IMG/VR virus record: IMGVR_UViG_3300010318_000003 | Location: 1-57,774 of that record | DNA: 57,774 nucleotides | Source of the DNA: a virus | Lineage: Duplodnaviria; Caudoviricetes | Reading direction: 5' to 3' (one strand) | Shown: piece by piece, positions 1 to 10,500 of the stretch | How positions within the stretch are numbered: the first letter of the stretch is position 1 | Layout of the letters: each line of letters begins with the position of its first letter | The notes under the pieces: model-generated | The model's input: only the letters and a program-made list of their open reading frames with translations | Database searches by the model: none | Told to the model about the DNA's origin: nothing | Position numbers and translations under genes: made by a program

Positions 1-2
1 AC

Positions 3-212
3 ACTAGCGGGGTCGTGGCTATCGGTGACATCCAGCCTATTTATGAATATAGGACAACCGTTGCATCTGATGTCACATTTACAAATCTAAACGGTGGCCA
101 ATGTCGCTTTGACGTTCAAACTGCTTTAAGTGCTACTCCAAACGCCACTTACAAGGTAGAGGTGCTTTGTCGAGATGGTAAAATAGATCTGTCAAGTGTA
201 TCCAAAACTTGA
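3..212 (+). CDS. 3' end of a gene entering from the left edge (probable tail fibre/structural protein C-terminus)
   Basis: The frame of ORF 15..212 is open back to position 3; beta-rich sequence; followed by a typical tail-fibre-associated small gene. Confidence 0.5.
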   Translation, partial: TSGVVAIGDIQPIYEYRTTVASDVTFTNLNGGQCRFDVQTALSATPNATYKVEVLCRDGKIDLSSVSKT

Positions 213-252
213 TCTAACCCTACTTAACTTAAAAATTTAATTTATCTTAACA

Positions 253-597
253 ATGACAACATCTTTTAACTGGACCATTAGTAGCTTAGAAAGATACGTA
301 AGCACAGGGATCGTAAAAGCTTTACATTGGCGCGTTAACGCAGAAAAATCAGGGCGCAAGGATTATTCTTATGGCGTTTTGGGCTTGCCCTCTCCTGGAG
401 AAACTTTTGTTCCTTTTGAAGACTTAACAGAAGAGTTTGTTATCGGATGGCTGGACTCTGTTGAGTATTTTGATAAGGAAGAAGTAGAGGCAAAATTAGA
501 AGAAAAGATAGATAAAGTTATCTCGTTAGAGACTACAACTGAGGGACCTTTGCCTTGGTACGTTGAACCAGAAGAAGAAGAAGAAGTACCCGGTTGA
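253..597 (+). CDS. Small tail-fibre-associated (assembly chaperone-like) protein
   Basis: W-TIxxLER...GIVxxxHWR...FVPFEDLTEE-VIGW...LPW pattern, which I recognise from small proteins following phage tail fibre genes. Confidence 0.6.
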   Translation: MTTSFNWTISSLERYVSTGIVKALHWRVNAEKSGRKDYSYGVLGLPSPGETFVPFEDLTEEFVIGWLDSVEYFDKEEVEAKLEEKIDKVISLETTTEGPLPWYVEPEEEEEVPG

Positions 598-653
598 CAA
601 AAATAAATTTTTAGGTTAAAATATATTTGTACATAATTGCATAACTTTAAAGT

Positions 654-896
654 ATGGAACCCCAAGCACTTAAGAAAAATTTTACTGAGCAACTCGAGAA
701 GCTCAACACTGAAATTGGTCAGCTTCGCCAGGCTCTGGCTCAACGACAAGAACTCGCCATCAAGCTTCAAGGGGCTGTTGAAGCAATGCAGCTGCAACTA
801 GGAGAAGAGCCAGGTTCTGCACCTGAGCCCGAGGCAGTTGAAGAAGCTACAACCGAAGTAGTAGCAACTAAAGAAGAATTTTACGAGCGTAATTGA
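654..896 (+). CDS. Hypothetical coiled-coil protein
   Basis: 80 aa ORF with heptad pattern and acidic tail; followed by a terminator. Confidence 0.75.
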   Translation: MEPQALKKNFTEQLEKLNTEIGQLRQALAQRQELAIKLQGAVEAMQLQLGEEPGSAPEPEAVEEATTEVVATKEEFYERN

Positions 897-900
897 TAGC

Positions 901-932
901 AGATAGGGCTCAAAAGAGCCCATCTGTTTTTT
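901..932 (+). terminator. Rho-independent terminator
   Basis: AGAT-A-GGGCTC-AAAA-GAGCCC-ATCT followed by GTTTTTT. Confidence 0.7.
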
Positions 933-942
933 CTCTATTAAT

Positions 943-984
943 AAAAAAAAAGGCGGGTTGGAATTTAATTCCTTCCCGCTTTTC
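943..984 (-). terminator. Terminator for the convergent minus-strand genes (possibly bidirectional)
   Basis: A-run plus GCGGG-TT-GGAATT..AATTCC-TT-CCCGC stem plus TTTT. Confidence 0.55.
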
Positions 985-1244
985 TAGTCTTTATAAACAA
1001 TTTTTGCTTCTGCTAACTTAGGGCTAAGCTTTCCTCCTAAAACCCAGATCCTTTTAACAACTTTTTTATCGTCGTAGTATAGATCAAATATATCTACCAT
1101 ATTGTAAGAACGAACTACATCAACAAAGGTTTGTTCTTGCTCTGCAGTATATTCTACGCCATGACAATCAACTGTAAGGCTTGATAAATCAATGTTATCA
1201 ACTTCAAGTTTTTCGCCGATGACTTTTACTTTTGCTTTACTCAT
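984..1244 (-). CDS. Hypothetical protein
   Basis: 86 aa ORF, translationally coupled to the upstream ORF at 1244. Confidence 0.7.
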   Translation of the reverse strand: MSKAKVKVIGEKLEVDNIDLSSLTVDCHGVEYTAEQEQTFVDVVRSYNMVDIFDLYYDDKKVVKRIWVLGGKLSPKLAEAKIVYKD

Positions 1245-1573
1245 TAAGAAATTCGCTCGGTTTGCAAGTTTTCGGCCACCTCTATTATATTACTAATTGC
1301 CATATTTGTCCACCGCCTATCTTCGGGATCTTCTCCCGCGACATTTAGCATTTCTCCCAAGTCAAACTTGGCGTCTGAAGGAGTAGGCCAGCCTTCTTTG
1401 AGGTAGTCAAGCATCCAGTCTTTTACTTCAGGCTTTAAGTACCTTCCGCCAATCAGCCTCCAAATCTGTTTGCTCCAGGCAAATGAGTCACCGTTAGATA
1501 GCACAACAATATCACCCGGGTCTTTTTCCTTAGGAAACTGAGCATTTCCTCTAGGCAATCTTGTTATTTTCAT
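1244..1573 (-). CDS. Hypothetical protein
   Basis: 109 aa ORF in a tightly packed minus-strand operon. Confidence 0.7.
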   Translation of the reverse strand: MKITRLPRGNAQFPKEKDPGDIVVLSNGDSFAWSKQIWRLIGGRYLKPEVKDWMLDYLKEGWPTPSDAKFDLGEMLNVAGEDPEDRRWTNMAISNIIEVAENLQTERIS

Positions 1574-1574
1574 C

Positions 1575-1754
1575 TCAGTACTCTTCGGTAATTTCTACTT
1601 CGCCGCCCATTTGCTCGGACTCAGAAGAGTTGGGAAACAAAATATTAAGGGCCTGCTCAAGGTTATCGATCATAGACCTAATAAGAATTTTGTTTTTAGA
1701 AGCTTTAGCGTCAGCGTAGGCGTCAATAAGTTCTGCAAAAGTTTGCTTGTCCAT
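1575..1754 (-). CDS. Hypothetical protein, 59 aa (not in ORF track)
   Basis: Translated by hand: MDKQTFAELIDAYADAKASKNKILIRSMIDNLEQALNILFPNSSESEQMGGEVEITEEY; abuts the next ORF; GGTTAAAG motif 25 nt upstream. Confidence 0.7.
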   Translation of the reverse strand: MDKQTFAELIDAYADAKASKNKILIRSMIDNLEQALNILFPNSSESEQMGGEVEITEEY

Positions 1755-1779
1755 TTTAACACATTAAATAGTCACTATC

Positions 1780-1807
1780 CTTTAACCCAAAAGGTTGCTG
1801 TTTAAAG
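1780..1807. promoter_or_regulatory. Divergent pair of candidate late-promoter motifs (GGTTAAAG minus, GTTTAAAG plus)
   Basis: CTTTAACC 1780-1787 and GTTTAAAG 1800-1807, 25 and 29 nt from their respective starts. Confidence 0.5.
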
Positions 1808-1836
1808 ATATAATAGTTATATTATTATCCTTACCT

Positions 1837-4206
1837 ATGGCGCGATATATTGGCCTAGATCCTACAGCAAGGACCGTTGTTCAGATAGACGGAAATAAGA
1901 GCGCATACGTTAATGTCAAATCCTTCGGAGCCGCTGGATTAGATCAGTATTTTACAGGAGGAGTATCAGGGGCAAGTAGCTCTGGCTCTTCAATATTCAT
2001 CAACTCTATTAGCAACTATTCTCAGTTTGAAGAAGACTTTTTTACGGTCGGTAAGCAAATTACGGCCTTTTTCTTAACCGAAGATACTGCTCCTGACGTT
2101 TCTGAGTATGGCGGTATTTTTAGTTCCCCGAACATTTCCGCGGTGGGTTCTATTAGAGACGAGAATCTTTCTTCGGCTAGAACTATTGAATACTACTTGT
2201 TTCCCTACAATGTACAAACAGGAAGATTCTCTCCTTACTCCTTAGTTACTTCTTTAACAGGTATTGTTGTTGGAGACCCTAGAACAGAATTTGACGAAGA
2301 CAATTACGTTCAAGTTACGTTTAATAGAAGTTCTTCTGACTGGATTCCTGTTATCTACAGAAGATACGGTGGAAGAGTTGATTTTATATCAGCAGTAGGC
2401 AACGGGGCACTTCAAACCTCGACTCAGGTAACCTTCTTCGATAGAGGAAGCACTCAAACCCCCTCGTGGGACGAAGCAACTATAGCAGAAGATCCTAATT
2501 TCCTTTTGCCGGACTTTTTGGATGGCCAAATTCTCTTAGGTTCATCAGGTGGGCCCGTTGGTAAAGCCGTAATTGGAAAAAAAGTTTTACAAATTGTAGC
2601 TAAAAATGACGTAACTAAAGTTGTCGAGTTTGCCGATGCTTTAGATCCTACATCTGATTTATCTAGTTATACCGGATCTGGCATAACTGCAAAGTTTAAG
2701 TTTGACGATACTGCCGCAATTCAGAGAACTATAGATTACGCTAAAGATAACGCTGTTAAGAATGTATTTTTCCCAACAGGAACATACAACGTAGGCCATG
2801 TTAGAATCTACAGCACTTCGGATCCTTCAGCTTATAGCGGCATATCTTTGTTCGGTACAGGAAACTCATCTATTATTAAAAAATCTCCTAGTTTTGTAAA
2901 TGGAATAACAGACTTCGGAACAATTGGCGTATTAGGAACAGGAGTTACTGGAAGGATCGACGGTATTACTATTAAGGATCTTGCTTTTGATGGCAATAAG
3001 CCGGAAAGCATTTCCGTTAGATCACCTCAAAGCGACGTATATGGTATCTCTTCTAAGTACCAAGATTTTATTGCACTTGAGTTTGCAGACTCGATAACGA
3101 TCCAAAACTGCTCTTTTTATAACGGTAACGGCTCATCCATCTACTCTCTTCAGAGTGAAAAAATTAACTTCACTAACAACAGAGTATTCCAACTTTCCAA
3201 GCCTTACGAGCCTAACGTTGCTCCTGTTAAAATTAGAGAAACTGACAAGCTTGTTGTTCAGGGTAATCTTTTTGAAAATTGCTCAGCACCGGCTGACTTT
3301 ACGGGCATTGACGTTTCTGTCATCAACAACAACATTGTTAACAATTGCGGAGAAACTGGAATCCAGCTTGTTGCATCTGATAACTGGAACGCACAAGGAA
3401 ACTTAGCTTATAACTCATCTGGTAGTGTTATCCAAAGCACCGATCTTTATCTCAATGAGTATAGCAGAGCCTCTTTAACAATTAAAAAAGGAGTTGTTGC
3501 TGATCCTACTTTCTTTACAGTTACTGACGGTCAATTGCCAGTTCAGATCGCTCCTGGAACTATTAATGCCAGAGTATACCCTCTCACCTCTAGTTATTCG
3601 TTTGACACATCAGGAACTGCAGAATACTTGCAGGTTGTAGAGCAGTCTAATCAACTCAGAGCAGGTATTTTTGCAGTTACGGCTCCAGTTGCAACAATTC
3701 CCTCAGGACAGGGAGGCGGCGGCTCAAATCAAAACAAGAAAATTCTCGGTACTCAAGATTACGGCCTATTAGACGTATTAAACCCCACTGTTTCCCAAAG
3801 AAATTATGGGTACGGCTACAGAATTACTGCAACGGCAAGACTGGGAGGTTTTGCAATCAGAAGAATCTCTGCAGACGTTTCAAACCCAGGCGATGTTCTT
3901 ATTTTGCTAAGAAGCTCCTCTGATCTTCTCCAGCTTAACTTCTTTGCCGGTGGTAACGCATCTAATAGCCTTATCTCTACAACCGGAGTCGCTGTTCCTA
4001 ACAGCCAATTAGAAGATTGGACGGACGAGGTTCCCATTACGGTTAAAGAAGTTGACTCCGAAAACGGAACAATTAGAATTGAAACTCCGGGGTCTGTGTC
4101 TGCATTGTTCTCTTCGACAGAGCAATATGACGTAAGATCTGGTAAAATACAGCTTGTTCAAAACAATTATTTCATTGCCGACGGAAACATCTACGTATCT
4201 GACTAA
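1837..4206 (+). CDS. Tail spike-like protein with right-handed parallel beta-helix (pectin lyase fold)
   Basis: DDTAAIQxxID...VFFPTGTY motif followed by ITIQNCSF/INFTNNRV/INNNIV beta-helix rungs; start moved to the ATG at 1837, downstream of the promoter motif. Confidence 0.75.
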   Translation: MARYIGLDPTARTVVQIDGNKSAYVNVKSFGAAGLDQYFTGGVSGASSSGSSIFINSISNYSQFEEDFFTVGKQITAFFLTEDTAPDVSEYGGIFSSPNISAVGSIRDENLSSARTIEYYLFPYNVQTGRFSPYSLVTSLTGIVVGDPRTEFDEDNYVQVTFNRSSSDWIPVIYRRYGGRVDFISAVGNGALQTSTQVTFFDRGSTQTPSWDEATIAEDPNFLLPDFLDGQILLGSSGGPVGKAVIGKKVLQIVAKNDVTKVVEFADALDPTSDLSSYTGSGITAKFKFDDTAAIQRTIDYAKDNAVKNVFFPTGTYNVGHVRIYSTSDPSAYSGISLFGTGNSSIIKKSPSFVNGITDFGTIGVLGTGVTGRIDGITIKDLAFDGNKPESISVRSPQSDVYGISSKYQDFIALEFADSITIQNCSFYNGNGSSIYSLQSEKINFTNNRVFQLSKPYEPNVAPVKIRETDKLVVQGNLFENCSAPADFTGIDVSVINNNIVNNCGETGIQLVASDNWNAQGNLAYNSSGSVIQSTDLYLNEYSRASLTIKKGVVADPTFFTVTDGQLPVQIAPGTINARVYPLTSSYSFDTSGTAEYLQVVEQSNQLRAGIFAVTAPVATIPSGQGGGGSNQNKKILGTQDYGLLDVLNPTVSQRNYGYGYRITATARLGGFAIRRISADVSNPGDVLILLRSSSDLLQLNFFAGGNASNSLISTTGVAVPNSQLEDWTDEVPITVKEVDSENGTIRIETPGSVSALFSSTEQYDVRSGKIQLVQNNYFIADGNIYVSD

Positions 4207-4261
4207 TTAGATTAAAGATACTTATAGATATAACTATTTTCCGTTATTTACATAGAAGAAT

Positions 4262-7200
4262 ATGGCTTCAAAAGTATCCGTAGGAAAAACCTCCCCAGTA
4301 CCCTTGGGGCAACAACCGGCGGCTAATTCGCTTCCCGTTGTTTTTGCAGAGGACCAGCCTCCTATTCCCGTAGAGGAACAAAATAAGATTCAGTCCGAAG
4401 TTGCCCTGTCGCTCCTTGGTATTCCAAGAGCCGAAGTTGCGCTTGGTATTTTTGCAGACGTTAACACATACGATGTTAGCCCGACCGAATGGGCTCAGTT
4501 TCCTGTGGAAAACGTTGCTGATGCAGATGGAAACGTGGTAGATGGCGTTGAGCACGTCCCCGATGAAGCCGGAGCTAAGCTCGTGGCTACTGACGGAAAC
4601 ACCACAATTCTTACTTCAAAGCGATTCTTCCGCTATCAACCCGGTAGAGTTTCTTCTTCCACTATGGGTGTGAAGATGAACAAAACCCTTGATCCTAACA
4701 CAGATACTACAATGCCTGTGGAGGATAAAAACCGCATGAAGGGTGCTCCTTCTCTTAAGAAGTGGGGTATTTTTGATAAGTTTGACGGATACTATTTTGA
4801 AATTGCAAACGCTGGAGTAGGCAATGACTTCCGCTGCGTAAGAAGAACACAGGCCATTATCGAAACCGAGCCTAAAGGCTTAACTGGCAATACTTCCTGG
4901 GTTACTAACTCAAACACTGAGGGTTTACTCCCCACGTCTAACTTTGGTGTACAAGGAGTTGATCCTGTTATTATTAGAGACGGCCTTGTTTATGTTGCTG
5001 CTGCGATCTATGATCCCAGCCTTTGCTACTCTCCTGAAGATGTTAGAGCAATTGACGGCGTTGGTTCAGTTGGAGCGGGTGGGAGAGAAGGTAAAAACAC
5101 GTCGTTTAGAAACGGTTCGTACGTGTCCCCATCTTACGAGGGAGCTGGAGAAAGACTTAAGGATTATACCTTTGATTCTAATTATGCCGTAAGATTGGCA
5201 ACTCTTAAGTCCGACGGCGTTACTTGGGACGAAAAATTAAACAACAGAAAGTTTCAGTTCCCATTTGACCAAGATACGGTAATCCTCAAAGATAGCGCAA
5301 CCTTCGGTGAAGAAGATTCTCTTGAGAGGGGATATATTAGATCTGACGCCCACTGTAACTTCTTCAAAACTGTTTCTAACTTTAACAGAAAGGGCGGTTA
5401 CACCGGATTTTTAACAACGGCCACTGATTATGGCTCTAGCCCAGAAAACGACGAAAACTTCTTAGTAGAAGGCGTCACTTCTGCTGCGGACTACGGCAAT
5501 CTATTTACCTGGGATCCTAACCCAAGTACTGACGAAAATGTAGGAATTCAAGATAAAACAAAGGTTTGGCACCTGCTGGTCAATGTTCAAGGAAAAGAGG
5601 CCGGCACTGCCTCAGTACAAACTACCGATCTTGATAAAAACGACGTTTACTCAAGAGACGTAACTAACGGCAATGTAACCCTCAAGGAATGGTTTAACAC
5701 CTGCGTTCCTAGGCCTTTCCGCCTTGTATATGAGTGGAGACCCGTTAGAGCAATGTTCTCTGGCGATAAGCTTGATGGAGCCGAAAGTGTTCTTCGCTGG
5801 AGCGACATCAATACTGCTGCTAATGACTCTGTAGTTGGTGGAGGAGACGCTATTAACCGTCCTGGTGATCCGATTATCGGACCCACCGGAGAAGCTCTTA
5901 CGATCCAGTCTGCTTATAACGTAGACTTCTCTAAGGTTACCATGTGGAAGACAGAGTTCTCCTGGTATGGTGCTGTTGGTGCTATCTTCCTTTGCTATGT
6001 TCCCATTTCTAACGGAGAAGCAAGATGGGTAAGAGTTCATCAGATTAGAGCTTCTAACCAGCACTCGGTTGCTTCTTTGGGTAACGCTACGCTGCCGATC
6101 ACCTACCTAACTCATGGCGGAATTCAATCTGGTCTTGATGGACAAGATGGCTCGAATTTAGGTGGTAACATTCTTGTTAAGTACGGTGCTTCTTACTATA
6201 TTGACGGTGGAGATAAGGGAACTGTAAGACTTCTTTCTAAAGCCTCTGATTTTAGTAGAGAGGTTCCTCCTGGATTTATTAAGTTCCCTGGCGGAGCAGC
6301 GCTGAGCGCAGGTGGTTGGGAAAAACAATCAGCAACAACAGCTGCTAAAATTCAAATTAACAACTATGCTGGTAATGCAAATAGGCCAGGCAAATTAGAT
6401 TGGAAATCTGCCGTTGGTTTGATGGGTGCTTACGTAGAAGGAAATACTGCAAATAAGGTTAAGTGGGTTAGCCCTGGTAGCACAGATAACGAAGTTATTC
6501 TTAGCTTTTCTGACGAGCTGCCTGAAGACACCGAAGAGCTTAAGCTCATTATTCCTAGAGCGCAGCAATCTCTTCTTAGCTTTAGAGCAAAAGACTTCAT
6601 TCTTAATAGAAAGGGCGATGAGGTTAGAAACAGACTTCAGATTTATCCTATTAAGCTTGGTGCAGGTATCACCGGAGGCGGCAACGGAGACCTGGTAACT
6701 CTTAGAACTATCAAAAACCCTCTTAAGATTGTAACTAACAAAGAACTAACCAGCGACGTAGCTTCTGAAACGGTATACGGAGACGGAACCCCAGGTCTTG
6801 TTCAGGACCCAGATGACTCGGCCAAAAACTTTGTAAATACTAAAACTTCAACTTTGCCCGCAAAGGTTGCTTTTGCTAGCAATAACAACCCTACTAACAT
6901 TCTTAGCGAAAATGACGTTTACAGATACGGCTACTTTATTGGAACTAGAGATACCACCGCGGCTAACAACTTTGATGCTGCTAATCTTACTGACTATGGC
7001 AATGGCGTATACTTCCCCGTAATCGGAAGACTGTTTAGAAAGAACGGCGAATACTTCTTTGCAAAGTTATTCTCTTATCCCGAGCCTGTATTTATTACTG
7101 GATACTTCCTCCCAGAGCGTCACCTTTCATTAGGATCTTATGATGGCTCAGGATACGACGTGTTTGAACAACAGACTGTAACTGCTAAAAACCACAAAAA

Positions 7201-7537
7201 CTTTGCTGACCAAAGCAAGTGGGACAAGCTCGAAAATGATAACATTGTTACTTGGGAAGAAATTACCCGTCTTTCTGGAGTAAGAGTTGGCCAAGACCTT
7301 AAGCTAACTCCTATTGCTGAAACAGGAAACGAGATTCTTGCTTATTACGGAAATCCTGGAGGATATCAGTTTGACCTCCAAGACTATTTTGCTTATAACA
7401 AAGAATACTTATCTTTCCCGCTTACGGATCAGGTAGACATTTTGAACCTATACGGACACTACGATATTAACTCAGTCGACATGGCTCAGGTTAATTCTTT
7501 CGGACTCAACTCAGCACTTTCTTGGGAGGAACAGTGA
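4262..7537 (+). CDS. Large virion structural protein (paralogue A)
   Basis: 1091 aa; shares SEVxxSLLGIxRxE, RYQPGR, EFxWYGAxGA, GEARWV and KYGASYYIDGGDxGT with the next gene. Confidence 0.75.
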   Translation: MASKVSVGKTSPVPLGQQPAANSLPVVFAEDQPPIPVEEQNKIQSEVALSLLGIPRAEVALGIFADVNTYDVSPTEWAQFPVENVADADGNVVDGVEHVPDEAGAKLVATDGNTTILTSKRFFRYQPGRVSSSTMGVKMNKTLDPNTDTTMPVEDKNRMKGAPSLKKWGIFDKFDGYYFEIANAGVGNDFRCVRRTQAIIETEPKGLTGNTSWVTNSNTEGLLPTSNFGVQGVDPVIIRDGLVYVAAAIYDPSLCYSPEDVRAIDGVGSVGAGGREGKNTSFRNGSYVSPSYEGAGERLKDYTFDSNYAVRLATLKSDGVTWDEKLNNRKFQFPFDQDTVILKDSATFGEEDSLERGYIRSDAHCNFFKTVSNFNRKGGYTGFLTTATDYGSSPENDENFLVEGVTSAADYGNLFTWDPNPSTDENVGIQDKTKVWHLLVNVQGKEAGTASVQTTDLDKNDVYSRDVTNGNVTLKEWFNTCVPRPFRLVYEWRPVRAMFSGDKLDGAESVLRWSDINTAANDSVVGGGDAINRPGDPIIGPTGEALTIQSAYNVDFSKVTMWKTEFSWYGAVGAIFLCYVPISNGEARWVRVHQIRASNQHSVASLGNATLPITYLTHGGIQSGLDGQDGSNLGGNILVKYGASYYIDGGDKGTVRLLSKASDFSREVPPGFIKFPGGAALSAGGWEKQSATTAAKIQINNYAGNANRPGKLDWKSAVGLMGAYVEGNTANKVKWVSPGSTDNEVILSFSDELPEDTEELKLIIPRAQQSLLSFRAKDFILNRKGDEVRNRLQIYPIKLGAGITGGGNGDLVTLRTIKNPLKIVTNKELTSDVASETVYGDGTPGLVQDPDDSAKNFVNTKTSTLPAKVAFASNNNPTNILSENDVYRYGYFIGTRDTTAANNFDAANLTDYGNGVYFPVIGRLFRKNGEYFFAKLFSYPEPVFITGYFLPERHLSLGSYDGSGYDVFEQQTVTAKNHKNFADQSKWDKLENDNIVTWEEITRLSGVRVGQDLKLTPIAETGNEILAYYGNPGGYQFDLQDYFAYNKEYLSFPLTDQVDILNLYGHYDINSVDMAQVNSFGLNSALSWEEQ

Positions 7538-7540
7538 TAA

Positions 7541-10500
7541 ATGGCGGATTATAGAATTAAAGCCCAGAAAACTGGGCCTCGCACCTTTGTGAAAGATCTC
7601 CAGATGATCAGCTTTCGTGGTGCTTCTCTATTTACAGAGTCGGGCTCCCCGCTAATCGCAGAAAAGGAAGTCTATTATCCGCCCGATTTTTTACCTGAAA
7701 CCTCAACCGCTGTAGTTCTTGATTCTGATACTTTTCAAAGTTCCGGGGTTTCCTTAGGCAACGCATTTAGCAAGGGTGGCGGCCGCGCCGCTTTGCCTAT
7801 CGAAGAGCAATTTTCACTCGAGAGTGAAGTAAGCAGAAGTTTGCTAGGTATTGATAGGTCTGAGCAGCAGCAAGGTCTTTTTGGCAATGTTTCTTCATAC
7901 GGATTAGATTTAAAGGATTGGGTTACTTATAGAGGCTACGACGACGGCGGAGAGGCTAATTTTTGGAAAACAAAAAACTCTCCTGCTGGCCCCCACTTCC
8001 CGACAAGAGAAGAAGACGATCCTAAAAACTCTGCTATTCTTTTATCTACTTTCCCCACTCCTTACTCAAACCCGGGTAATCCTCCCGTTGCTAGAGCCGT
8101 AAGCTCAGGTGAGCTGGAAGGAGCGATCCCTAATAGCTGGGCCAGGTATCTTCAGGGTCTAGTTGCTCTGTACATTATAGAGTACATGGTCAATGAGTTT
8201 TCAGATGAGAAAAAAATACTTTTTGGAGTAGATTATATAGATAAAAACTACGCTAAAGAAAACGGAAAGTTTGATCCTATTTTCTGGGACAGAATCTGGA
8301 CCGACATCGACCAAGGAAGAGTGGGAGGAGTCGATAACATTCCTAGAATTCCCCTTGGAGAGTTCAGAAACTTTGGCGCACAAAATTCTAACGATGAAGA
8401 TTATCAAACCATCGATTTAACTGACGAAAGCATTTTCGGAGCGGGCAAATCCACAGATCCAGACCTGACCGAAGTAAGTAATTACTTTGGTAATTTTTTC
8501 GCAGCAAGTACTAGGTATAATTTTACAAACCCTAATAAGGGACATTTTAGATTGAAAACAATTCAGTCTCCTGCGAACTGGAGAGAGCTTTGGCAAATGG
8601 ATTATGACCAATTGCCTCAGGATCTTAAAGATTGGGAGTTTAGAGTACTTGAGCAAGAGCCCGGCCCTGATTCTCCAGAAGTTAAATATAAGCTTCCCTA
8701 CTATTTAATTACTGAGGTTAATGGCAATTCCCCCGAAATTCCTTACGAATCTTTAATTTTTGGAGCCTCCTGGCCCGCAAGATTTGACGACGACACCATC
8801 CCCCAGATTCTTAAAAAACTTACAGAAGGTAATTCCATCGGAACCAGACCGAGCGGAGAGGCAATTCAAACGCTTCAGTCTACCAGAGCATACAGATACC
8901 AACCCGGTAGAATTAGTGGATTTACATACGGAGTTCGAGTTTCTGAAGAAGGAGCAGGGCCCGGAACGGTTATTGAGTTTGGTGTAGAAAACTACTCTGA
9001 TGCCTACTTCTTTAGGCTAAAGGACGGTACTGATTTTTCAATTATTCGTAGGTCTACTGTTCCCCTAGGATCTACTGATTTGTTTAGAGAATCAAACTAT
9101 GAAGAAAAGGAAGTATATGTAAGTAGACTTACCGGTAAAGCTAAATTTAAAGAGCTGCTTTCTGAAACAGAGATAATGCAAGAGGACATGAAAGTAGAAA
9201 GGGGAGATTCCTATCTTGTATTTGAAACCTCTATCGATCAAAGCATAATGAACGGAGATCCCTTGAATAATGAAGGAGAGACCGGTTACATTTACGATCC
9301 AGATACAGTTACCATGTATAAGATCGAGTTTGGTTGGTACGGAGCTATTGGCGCAAGATTCTATGTTTATGTTCCTGTCGGCTCAGGAGAGGCAAGATGG
9401 GTAACATTGCATACTCTTGTTATTGAAAACCAGATTGGCCAACCTTGCTTAGAAGATCCTTTCTTCTTCTTTAAGTACAGAGTATATAACCAGTCTCCCG
9501 CCACAACAAAGTTACCTCAGTTCCTTGAAAAGTACGGTGCTTCTTATTATATCGATGGCGGAGACGAGGGTACTTTAGAAATTGGTAGCGGTAGTGCAGT
9601 AAATAGAAAAATTAAAGATGCTGTAGACGACGATTACCTTAATGGTGGACAAACTTTTCCCATTAGTAAGTGGGCAACTGTTTTAGGAGTTAAGCCTAAA
9701 AAGTTTATTGTAAATAACGAAGGAACAGAATTCTTTAATAAGAAGGAAATTTTCCCCGTAAGTATATCCGTATCTTCTAATAAAAACACAGAACTTAAGT
9801 TTGTTAATCAGTTTGGTTGCCAAGAGCATGCACACACCTTCCAAGAAGGATTTAGATGCGTTCTTCCAGAAAAACAAAGATTAAGAGCAAAGATTAGCGT
9901 TAATAGATCAACTTCGTCGGGACTAAAGGGACCGGCAAAAAGAAAGAAGTCTGCTTCTATTAGACTTGTAGGTCTTGCGGACGGAGACACGTTCCAGAAC
10001 GTAGATGTAACATCACCGACTCCATGGGAACAGCTAAACGGAGGACTATTAGGGTCTAAGATCATTTCAAATGATTTATTTAATGCTTATGTAAATCCAC
10101 TTGAGGATAATCAATATATCGGCGAAGACACAACGCTAGCAGTTATCGGAAGACCGGGACAACGTAAAACGGTATTTGATGGGTCATTTAAAAACTATAA
10201 TGACTGGAGTTTTGGTCCTCTAATTAAAAGATTTACAGAAAACATAGACGTTAAGTTTTCTCCCTTTAGAAGAGACACGACCTTGGTCTCCACGATCGGT
10301 GTTACTCAATCAGAGTTCTTTATTCTATTTACAAGCAGAAGAAATAACGGCCAGCGTTTTGATAGCGTTTCCACCATAGACGGCGTTTCTGTAGACTACG
10401 AGGCAATTTGCAATCAAGACGAAGACGGAAGGTGCGACGGTAAAAACGTTGCCGACTATCAAATAGGTGTAGTTTGGCCCTTTGGAACTAGCACACCGCA

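Noticed and set aside
1795-1836. TTG-start N-terminal extension of the beta-helix gene
   Set aside because: It overlaps the promoter motif and AT-rich leader; the ATG at 1837 is more plausible
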